DNA from: an uncultured Candidatus Saccharibacteria bacterium
Lineage (GTDB): Bacteria > Patescibacteriota > Minisyncoccia > Minisyncoccales > GWA2-38-27
Assembly (NCBI GenBank): GCA_964447515.1
Contig: CAYUSS010000005.1
Coordinates: 1-62,507, forward strand
Direction: 5' to 3'
Length of the DNA: 62,507 nucleotides
A program made the translations under genes and the position numbers. The notes beneath the pieces were generated by a model. The model was not told where the DNA came from, did not search any database, and saw only the letters and a program-made list of their open reading frames with translations. Positions 28,086 to 35,820 of this stretch are shown one piece after another. Positions within the stretch are counted from its first letter, which is position 1. Each line of letters opens with the position of its first letter.

Positions 28086-28253
28086 ATAAATTTTATTAGA
28101 AATTAGAATTTTCTACTAGTGTAGAAATTGCTTTATTAAATTTAGCCTGTTTTTGGCTGTTCATGGTTTTTGTATTTTCTTTTAGTTTTTTTATTTTGTT
28201 TTTACGAATTTCGTTTATGGTGGACATAGATTTTCCTCTACTTCTATTCTAGC

Positions 28254-28958
28254 TTATTTTATTTTTCTTTTTAAATAATCTTGAGCTTCTTTTTCAAAAT
28301 ATTCTTTTATTTTGTTTGGCTTATAAAATTCTTTTTTGAATATCAAGGGTTTAATCTCATTTAACCTTGCTGCTCCTTCTAAAATTTTACTCACCAATAA
28401 AACTGGGTCTATCTCTACTCCGAATTTCTTCTTGACCCATTTTAAAATTGTAAGAAATTTAATTTTCTTTTTTTTAAAAATACAATAAAGATCAAAAACA
28501 TCTTTTGCTTCGGCTCGTTCAAAAATAGTATGGGTCTTATTGGCTAACATGTCTTCAATTGCATCAATTTTAATATTAAACTCTTTAAGCTTTAATGGTC
28601 TTTTAATCTTGGGAAAAGGATAAAACACGAACTCAATTTTCAAAACTTCTCTATTCTTTTTAAACCAAAATTGGTGACGATTAAATTTTTTTTGTTCTTC
28701 AATTTCTTTAATTTTTAAGCTCTTGGCAATTTTTTTAATCTGACTTAAAAGATAATCATCTGCCAGTAAATCTTTTGATAAAAAATCTAAATCCTGGGAC
28801 TTACGATGGGAAAGATATTGATAAGCAAGGGCAGTTCCACCCGACCAAACAAAATAAGAACCGAGTTTACTCTTCCCAATTTCTTTTAGTGCTTCTTTTT
28901 GAAAAGGGGTTAGAACTTTATCCGGCACCTTTTTATTTTTATTAATAATATTAGTCAT
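28254..28958 (-). CDS. AbiEii/AbiGii-family nucleotidyltransferase toxin
   Basis: SGGTALAYQYLSHRKSQDLDF, ANK, R...KDVFDL. Confidence 0.85.
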   Translation of the reverse strand: MTNIINKNKKVPDKVLTPFQKEALKEIGKSKLGSYFVWSGGTALAYQYLSHRKSQDLDFLSKDLLADDYLLSQIKKIAKSLKIKEIEEQKKFNRHQFWFKKNREVLKIEFVFYPFPKIKRPLKLKEFNIKIDAIEDMLANKTHTIFERAEAKDVFDLYCIFKKKKIKFLTILKWVKKKFGVEIDPVLLVSKILEGAARLNEIKPLIFKKEFYKPNKIKEYFEKEAQDYLKRKIK

Positions 28959-28995
28959 AAACTGTTATAACCCGCATACTAAAAAGGTGCGGGGT

Positions 28996-29208
28996 TTAAC
29001 CATATTTCTTCAAAAAATTTCTAAGAATTTGTTTGAGATAAACATTAATTTTTAATCTGGACAAATACTTCTTTAAGGTTTTTTTATCTAAGACCTCCCA
29101 ATCACCATGTTCAACTTTTCTTTGCAAATACCAAAGCAAAACCCTGGGATTAGATAAATCCAGTTTTTTAACATCGTAATCCCAAATGTAATTTTTGGTA
29201 AGTTTCAT
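28996..29208 (-). CDS. small helical protein, putative antitoxin partner
   Basis: YIWDYD..KLDL motif; immediately upstream of the AbiEii gene. Confidence 0.6.
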   Translation of the reverse strand: MKLTKNYIWDYDVKKLDLSNPRVLLWYLQRKVEHGDWEVLDKKTLKKYLSRLKINVYLKQILRNFLKKYG

Positions 29209-29288
29209 ACTTTTATTTTATCATAATTTTAATCAAAATAAAACACCCTGCCCGCGTGAAACGCGGGTAGGGGATGTTTGAAATCTTA

Positions 29289-29936
29289 TTACTCCAAAAA
29301 GCGAAAAGTGGAAAGCATTTGGTTGGTAATTCTTCCTTGTTCTTGGCTGGGGATATAATCTTCTTGTTCAGATAAATCAAGACTATATGCTTCATGGAGC
29401 GACCACCTCTCAATCAAAAAAGTATTTACTCCTTTTTCTTTAACACAATAATAGAAAATTCCTTCTCCTTCAGCTCCGCTATAATATCTATCCCCTTCTA
29501 TATTTCCAAGATTGAAAGCTTCGGGTTCCTCCCCGTATTTCTGAAAGAAAGACTTTAATTCGTCGCACTGACTTGTATCCTTTTTAAAAGTTATTGAGAT
29601 ATCACCAGCTAAACCTAAATCACTTCCATCTTTTTTGCTGTACATATGGAAGTTTTTTAAGGTGTGTGAGAGAGTAACTTTATTAACATCTAATTGAAAA
29701 ATATCACTTGGATACTTCACTTCAAATCCATATTCTTCGTTTCGATAAATCTCCCAATTAGCGGTTTCGTCTTCTTGGGTAATTTCTCCTTCCGGCGGCT
29801 TAGCTTCCTCTTTTGCTAACCACCCATACTGCCAGACTAAAATTCCTCCAGCTAAGAGAAGACAAATGACAATAATCAGAATTCCTACAGGAGTAGAAAT
29901 TCCCTTATTAAGATTAGTTTGATTTTGATTATTCAT
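29289..29936 (-). CDS. secreted PsbP-like hypothetical protein
   Basis: KGISTPVG signal/TM segment, WEIYRNEEYGFEVKYP, C-terminal QMLSTFRF. Confidence 0.7.
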   Translation of the reverse strand: MNNQNQTNLNKGISTPVGILIIVICLLLAGGILVWQYGWLAKEEAKPPEGEITQEDETANWEIYRNEEYGFEVKYPSDIFQLDVNKVTLSHTLKNFHMYSKKDGSDLGLAGDISITFKKDTSQCDELKSFFQKYGEEPEAFNLGNIEGDRYYSGAEGEGIFYYCVKEKGVNTFLIERWSLHEAYSLDLSEQEDYIPSQEQGRITNQMLSTFRFLE

Positions 29937-30056
29937 AATTGATTTTTATTTCACTAATTATGCCGACCTTTTATAGTGTTTGACTTTCCAAGCCAAACAA
30001 GAAATTGCCTAGGCAAGAAAATTACAACTTTTGTTGTAAAAGTTGAATAATTAAAG

Positions 30057-31871
30057 TTAAAAGCTGGATGATTTTTTGCTGGCTTTGAATTTCTCTCTCC
30101 TGAAAATGGCTGGGGTTTGCCAAATTTTTTCCTTTTCTAATATTTCTTTTTCTTCTTCCTCAACTGCTTTTTTTAGCTGAAGACCTGTTCGTCTAACTTT
30201 TTCGTGCCCCAGCTCTTGGTAATCTAATGGTTTCTCTTTTTCTAATTTACCCCCCACCTTTTCTGCAGAAAAGGTGGGGGGGGTTTTTTCTTCCCCTGGC
30301 TTTTTTAGAATCTTGTTAGGAGTTTGCCCTGTTAGGGGCTTGTCCCCCACTTTCTTAAGTAAAGTGGGGGGTTCGCTTACTTTAGATTTTTTCTCTGCCT
30401 TTGCAACCTTTAACCGGGCTTGTTTTTTCTGACCTCTTAGGGATTTTTCCCCTTTGGGTTTTTTCTTTGGTTTTGGTTTTGGTTTTGTTTTCTTTACCCC
30501 TACGCCAGAACGAGGACTGGCTTTGCCAATTTTCCCGCCAGAGTCGGGTTGTCCTTGTTTGGTCTGGGGGCTTTTTTTAGTTTTACCCCCCACCACTTTT
30601 CCTTGAAAAGTGGTGGGGGGTTTATCTTCCACTACTTTCTCCTTTTGTTGAGAAACAGCACGAGCTTTAGGCTTCTTGGTTCCTAAAATTGGAGACTTCA
30701 CAACCTGAGAAGGTTCTACTATGTTAAATAATTTCGCCTTTGGCGAAATTCCCCCTTTAGGGTATCTAACAGGGTGAACCCTGTTAGATACCCGGCCTTT
30801 CGCAGAATGACTGGGTCTCACTTTAGGGGATTTAACAGGGTAAATCAAAAGCCCCTTTAGACCGCATCCTACAGCCAACAAAGTTATCTTAATTTTATCC
30901 TGAAGTTTTTGATTCTGGTTAATACCGAAAATAATTTTAGCTTTCTTGCTTATTGATTGAGAAATTATTTTTGATATTTGAGAAACCTCTGAAAGTTGGA
31001 GCGCTCTGCCACCGGTTATATTGTATAAAACCCTCTTCGCCCCTTTAGTAGTATAAGGATATAAGGGGCTAGAAATCACTTTTTTAACTGCTTCTTCTTT
31101 GTTGGGTGCTTTAACTTCTATGCTATTCAAATAAGCCAACCTGGCCCTACCGGTTAGGATTGTTTTTAGGTCAGCAAAGTCAATATTAATCAAACCAGGC
31201 AAATAAATCATTTCAATTAATCCTTCTAAATTTCCGGCCAATTTTTGGTTAATAGCAGAAAGAGCATTTTTTAAAGGAGCATTTTTATCAACAATTTGGA
31301 AAATTCTTTCATTAGGAATAACCGAATAGGCATTAAGGTGTGATTTTATTTTTCCAAGAGATTCTCTGGCAATTTCCATCTTTTTTTCTCCCTCAAATTT
31401 AAAGGGCAGAGTAAAAATTCCATAACTAAGACAACTTAAATTTTTAGAAATCTTAGCAAAAACCGGAACAGCACCAGAGCCGGTTCCCCCTCCCAAACAG
31501 GCAACAATAATACAAACATCCTGTTCCTCAAAAAGTTTTTTTATTTTTTCCTTTTCATTTTGGGCAGCCATTTCACCTATTTCTACATTCATCCCGGTGC
31601 CTAAACCCTGAGTTAGGTCTTGACCAAATTGAAATCGTTTCACTTTTTTGGCTACTTTTCTAAGAGCCCGGCTATCAGTATTAGCCGCTACAAAATCTGC
31701 TTTCTTCATTCTGGAGGCAATTTCTGAAACAATTGAACTGCCGCCCCCGCCAACGCCGATTAATCTGATTTTGGTCTTGCGAACCTCCTCTTTTGTTCTA
31801 ACCTTCTTGGTTTTAATAGGTCTTAAAACTTTCTTTTTCCTTTTTTTTATCTTTTGTTTTTTAGTAGTCAT
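30057..31871 (-). CDS. ftsZ: cell division protein FtsZ with very long repeat-built linker
   Basis: IGVGGGG, ANTD, GLGTG, CLGGGTGSGA, PFKFEG, GLINIDFADL, C-terminal QTPAIFRR. Start set at MTTKK. Confidence 0.92.
   Translation of the reverse strand: MTTKKQKIKKRKKKVLRPIKTKKVRTKEEVRKTKIRLIGVGGGGSSIVSEIASRMKKADFVAANTDSRALRKVAKKVKRFQFGQDLTQGLGTGMNVEIGEMAAQNEKEKIKKLFEEQDVCIIVACLGGGTGSGAVPVFAKISKNLSCLSYGIFTLPFKFEGEKKMEIARESLGKIKSHLNAYSVIPNERIFQIVDKNAPLKNALSAINQKLAGNLEGLIEMIYLPGLINIDFADLKTILTGRARLAYLNSIEVKAPNKEEAVKKVISSPLYPYTTKGAKRVLYNITGGRALQLSEVSQISKIISQSISKKAKIIFGINQNQKLQDKIKITLLAVGCGLKGLLIYPVKSPKVRPSHSAKGRVSNRVHPVRYPKGGISPKAKLFNIVEPSQVVKSPILGTKKPKARAVSQQKEKVVEDKPPTTFQGKVVGGKTKKSPQTKQGQPDSGGKIGKASPRSGVGVKKTKPKPKPKKKPKGEKSLRGQKKQARLKVAKAEKKSKVSEPPTLLKKVGDKPLTGQTPNKILKKPGEEKTPPTFSAEKVGGKLEKEKPLDYQELGHEKVRRTGLQLKKAVEEEEKEILEKEKIWQTPAIFRREKFKASKKSSSF
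30250..30844. repeat. cluster of at least five palindromic elements in the ftsZ linker
   Basis: Family B at ~30250-30283, 30344-30370 and 30585-30621; family C at 30722-30775 and 30778-30844. Confidence 0.88.
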
Positions 31872-31975
31872 TATTAGACCTCTCCCTGCGCAATACCAGC
31901 TGGGCATTGTGCAGTGGGTCTTTTATTTTAACTTTTTCTAATTATAAAAACAATAGTCGGTAGATTTAAGGTTCA

Positions 31976-33658
31976 CTATTTAATATCTATATCCACTCCC
32001 CTTTTTTTAAGATAATTAATATAATAAGCAGCCCGGTCAAGATTATCTTGTTCAATGTAATAAGCCGCTAAATTATAACAGGCTTTAATATGCTCAGGAT
32101 TGATTTGGAGAGTTTCCTCCCAAGAATTTTTTGCTTTTTCAAATTCCCCTTTTTTATAATAAAGCAAGCCAAGATTAAAATAAGCATCATCATAAAATGG
32201 ATTAATTTCCAGTTCTTTCTTATACTCAATCTCGGCTTCTTCAAACATATTTTTATTCATATAAATTAATCCTAAATTATTATGAACCATTTCTTCTTGA
32301 GAATTAAGTTCAAGAGATTTTTTATATTCAATTTCCGCCTGGTCTAAACGGCTGTCAAGATAATACATTGCCCCTAAATTCCTATGAGCCAAAGGTGAAT
32401 GAGGAGAATTTTCAGCCGCGTTTTTCCAAAAACTTAATCTGCCTTTGAAATTAAAACAGTGATTAATAGTTAAACCTGCCAGCAAGACCAAAACCAAACC
32501 AGAAATTATTAAAACTTTTCTATTTTTGGGTGGCGGGCGGGTGGCGTCCAAATTCTTGAGCCAGTCAATCTCCGAGGCAATAATAAAAAACCCCAGTATT
32601 GGGAGATATAAGCGGTGCTCTATAAAATCTGCAACAAGTTCTATATTAGGCCTAATAAAAGAAGGCAGCAAAAAAACCAAAAACCAAAAAGCGCCAAACA
32701 AAATATAATTTAGGCGCTTTTGTTTCGAAAAAACCAAAAGCAAAAGCAAAAGCGCTAAACTAACCATACCGTATATAAAAGTAGTATCTTCAATAATAGG
32801 CAAAACCGAAAGATTAAATGGCAAAACAACTTTACCAAACATTTGAAGAGCAGCTGGTAAGTTCTGCCAAACTGACTTTACCATTACAGAAAAAGGCATT
32901 GCCAAAGGGTTTACAAAAGCCCAGCTCCGCATTAAAAACCAAAAAGCAATCACTCCTGCCCAGCCCATTCCAAGTTTTAATTTGTCTTGAGAGAAAATTT
33001 TCTCTTTTTTTATAAGTTGAAGATAAGCCAGGCATAGAAAAACCAAAAACAAAGAAATTTCTTTGGTAAAAAAAGCCAGAGTAAAAAACAAAATATGCCA
33101 GAGATAGTTTTTCCAGTTTTTATGGGGCGGAGGGATGGCGTCGTCTAAAAACTTCAAAAAGAAAATAAAAGCAGCAAGCAAAAACAAGGTCATTAAAGAA
33201 TCATTCCTACCGGGAATCCAAGCCACTGCCTGAGTTAAAACTGGATGAACTACAAAAATTAGACCAAAAAATAAAGCTAATTGCTTTTTATACTTCAGTT
33301 TCAGTAAAACAACAAAAACCAAACAGCTTGCCAAAACATGCAAGATTATATTTGTTAAATGATAAATAAAAGGAGAAGTTCCTGCCCACTGGGCATCTAA
33401 GATTAAAGAAATGGTAAAAATCGGCCGATAATAAGCGTCAGCATAGGAAAGAAAAACATCCTCTTTAAATGTATTAAAGATATTAGAAAGCTCTTTAACA
33501 AAATGAAAGTTATTCAAAATCAGCTCATTGTCGTCCAAATAAGTAAAGCCAAAAAACAAGGTTGGAAGATAGACCAAAAAGCCAATTAAAACAATCCAGA
33601 AATAAGGACGTCGTCCTTCTAAAAAAACTCTTTGAAACCAATTATTTTTTTTGTTCAT
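31976..33658 (-). CDS. GT-C fold + TPR protein (TMTC-like O-mannosyltransferase)
   Basis: YLDD, YYRP, HPVLTQAVAWIPGRND, EHRLYLP, C-terminal TPR repeats. Confidence 0.82.
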   Translation of the reverse strand: MNKKNNWFQRVFLEGRRPYFWIVLIGFLVYLPTLFFGFTYLDDNELILNNFHFVKELSNIFNTFKEDVFLSYADAYYRPIFTISLILDAQWAGTSPFIYHLTNIILHVLASCLVFVVLLKLKYKKQLALFFGLIFVVHPVLTQAVAWIPGRNDSLMTLFLLAAFIFFLKFLDDAIPPPHKNWKNYLWHILFFTLAFFTKEISLFLVFLCLAYLQLIKKEKIFSQDKLKLGMGWAGVIAFWFLMRSWAFVNPLAMPFSVMVKSVWQNLPAALQMFGKVVLPFNLSVLPIIEDTTFIYGMVSLALLLLLLVFSKQKRLNYILFGAFWFLVFLLPSFIRPNIELVADFIEHRLYLPILGFFIIASEIDWLKNLDATRPPPKNRKVLIISGLVLVLLAGLTINHCFNFKGRLSFWKNAAENSPHSPLAHRNLGAMYYLDSRLDQAEIEYKKSLELNSQEEMVHNNLGLIYMNKNMFEEAEIEYKKELEINPFYDDAYFNLGLLYYKKGEFEKAKNSWEETLQINPEHIKACYNLAAYYIEQDNLDRAAYYINYLKKRGVDIDIK

Positions 33659-33694
33659 AAGAGCGTCTAATGTAAGCCCGACAGGACTAAATAT

Positions 33695-35149
33695 TCATTT
33701 TTTTGGTTTTATCCATTTTAGAAAATTAAGTGCGGATAAAAACGATTTCAAAGAATTAACCTCTTTAATAGTTTGAAAAAACATTTTCGGCCGGAAATAA
33801 AATTTGAAATAAGCTTTATCTCTGAGTTTTTTAATTTCTTTGGCAGTCAAATTTTCATTTCTCATTACTGATTTAGTTAAATCAAATTGGGAAAAATTGT
33901 TCATCTTAATCCAATTGTTTTCTTTAGCAATTCTGCCTAATTCGGTTTTAGGGTAAGGTACGACGCAGTAAAATTGAGCATAATTGAGAGAACTCTGACA
34001 AGCCCATTCAATGGTTTTTTTAGCTGTTTTTTTTGTTTCGCCGGGCAGACCAAAAATAAAATGGCCCATTGAATTAATACCAGCTTTTTTAACTAAAGCA
34101 ATGGCTTTTTCAATCTGTTCTAAACTAATATTTTTGTGAGTTAAATCAATAATTTTTTGGTTAAATGATTCAATGCCCAAACTAAGCAAATGGCAACCAG
34201 CTTTTTTCATTTTTTCCAGTAATTGTTTATTCAAAGTATCTACCCGCGAAGCAGTCGCCCAAGTTATTTTTAAATTCCTTTTAATAATTTCATCACAAAT
34301 TTTCTCCCCATAAACCGAATCAATACTAAACGATTCTCCCCAAAAAAGAAAATTTTTGATACGATATTTATTAAGGCATTCTTCTATTTCATTAACAATA
34401 GAATCAACTTCTCGCTTGCGGAATTTTTTTCCGTAATAAAGATTGGCTACGCAAAAACTGCAATTATAGGGACAACCCCTGCCAACACTCAAAAGAGTGA
34501 ACTTTTCTCCATTGGTAGGTAAACAATAAGCCCCGTTATTAAGCAGGTCTCTGGCTGGAAAGGGCAGCTGGTTAATATCATTTTTAGATAAATCCTGAGG
34601 AAGATTAATTTTTATTTCCCCATCTCTGCGATAAACCAAACCGTTTATTTTTTCCAAAGGATTATCATTTTCTAAGGCTTGGCTTAAATTTTTAACCACC
34701 CATTCTGGCTCCCCAACAACAGCAAAGTCTGCTTGATTGAATTCTTTTAAAGACCTTTTTTCCAATAAAGTTGGATAAAGACCGATGATTGCTATTTTGG
34801 CTCGCCCTCCCAAATTTTTGGAGAAAATTTGGGAGGGTGAAGGAAAAGAATTTTTAATTAAACTGACTGTCTCCATATCCCCTTTTATTGAAGGAAAAGC
34901 AGTATTTACTATAATCAGTTCTGGTGAAAATTTTTCAGCCAATTCTAATAAATCTTTATTATTAATTTTCTCGGCAATACAATCGATTAAAAGGATATTA
35001 TACCCGTCCTGTCTTAAAAAAGCGGCTGTATAAGCCAAAGACAAAGGCATCCACAAAGCGGCCCAAGATGATTTCGTCTGCATACATCTCCCCTCTCTGA
35101 TATAATCTTTTTTATTGTAAGCCGGAGGATTAATAATTAATATTTTCAT
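33695..35149 (-). CDS. B12-binding radical SAM protein
   Basis: PLSLAY, GEPE, GRGCPYNCSFC, GIES, FIFGLPGET. Confidence 0.9.
   Translation of the reverse strand: MKILIINPPAYNKKDYIREGRCMQTKSSWAALWMPLSLAYTAAFLRQDGYNILLIDCIAEKINNKDLLELAEKFSPELIIVNTAFPSIKGDMETVSLIKNSFPSPSQIFSKNLGGRAKIAIIGLYPTLLEKRSLKEFNQADFAVVGEPEWVVKNLSQALENDNPLEKINGLVYRRDGEIKINLPQDLSKNDINQLPFPARDLLNNGAYCLPTNGEKFTLLSVGRGCPYNCSFCVANLYYGKKFRKREVDSIVNEIEECLNKYRIKNFLFWGESFSIDSVYGEKICDEIIKRNLKITWATASRVDTLNKQLLEKMKKAGCHLLSLGIESFNQKIIDLTHKNISLEQIEKAIALVKKAGINSMGHFIFGLPGETKKTAKKTIEWACQSSLNYAQFYCVVPYPKTELGRIAKENNWIKMNNFSQFDLTKSVMRNENLTAKEIKKLRDKAYFKFYFRPKMFFQTIKEVNSLKSFLSALNFLKWIKPKK
34803..34839. repeat. family A-type palindrome in-frame in the radical SAM gene
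   Basis: CGCCCTCCCAAATTTT-TGGAG-AAAATTTGGGAGGGTG; peptide PSPSQIFSKNLGGR. Confidence 0.85.
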
Positions 35150-35817
35150 TTAAATTTTTTTTTAAATAAATTATAGAAATTATCAAAGCCGTCTCTAATC
35201 AATTTTAATTTTACCTCGCCTTTTCTTTTTTTATAATTTAAATCCACTTCTTTTGCTTTAAGTTTGGTAAAGGCCTCAATTTTTATCTCCTGGCTTAAAG
35301 ACATACCTCTGCTTGTTAGGCTTAATTTCTTTAGGGCTTCTTTTTTTAAAACCCACATTCCGCTTTGAGAATCTTTTAAATCAAGGTGAAACAAAAAATT
35401 AAGAAAAAAAGTTAAAATTTTATTGCCAAATCTGTTAATTATTTTCATCGCTCCTTTTTCCATAAAACCAAAACGGTTGGCAGTTATAAAATCAAGCTCT
35501 TGCTTCTGGAAAATGTCCAGTAAATAAGGAATTTTTTCCATTGGATAGCTGCAATCAGAATCAGCAGTAACAATAATTTTGCCTCCTGCCTTTCTAAAGC
35601 CGATTCTGTACTGAAGCCCATAGCCAGCTAAAGATTGAACAACTTTAGCCCCTTTTTCCCCGGCTATTTTTCTGGTCTTGTCCCTGCTTCCGCCGTCAAC
35701 TACTAAAACCTCTGTTTTATATCCAAGTTCGTTTAGTCTTTTAAAAGGAATACTGTCAATAGTTTCCCCAATAGAATCTTCCTCGTTTAAACTGGGCATT
35801 AAAATAGTTAAATCCAT
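35146..35817 (-). CDS. GT2 glycosyltransferase (polyprenol-phosphate mannose synthase-like)
   Basis: PSLNEE, VDGGSRD, TADSDCSYP, DSQSGM. Confidence 0.88.
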   Translation of the reverse strand: MDLTILMPSLNEEDSIGETIDSIPFKRLNELGYKTEVLVVDGGSRDKTRKIAGEKGAKVVQSLAGYGLQYRIGFRKAGGKIIVTADSDCSYPMEKIPYLLDIFQKQELDFITANRFGFMEKGAMKIINRFGNKILTFFLNFLFHLDLKDSQSGMWVLKKEALKKLSLTSRGMSLSQEIKIEAFTKLKAKEVDLNYKKRKGEVKLKLIRDGFDNFYNLFKKKFK

Positions 35818-35820
35818 AAT

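Noticed and set aside
30276-30283. Poly-G tract in ftsZ as a phase-variation switch
   Set aside because: It is simply one arm of a family B palindrome; there is no independent evidence of switching.
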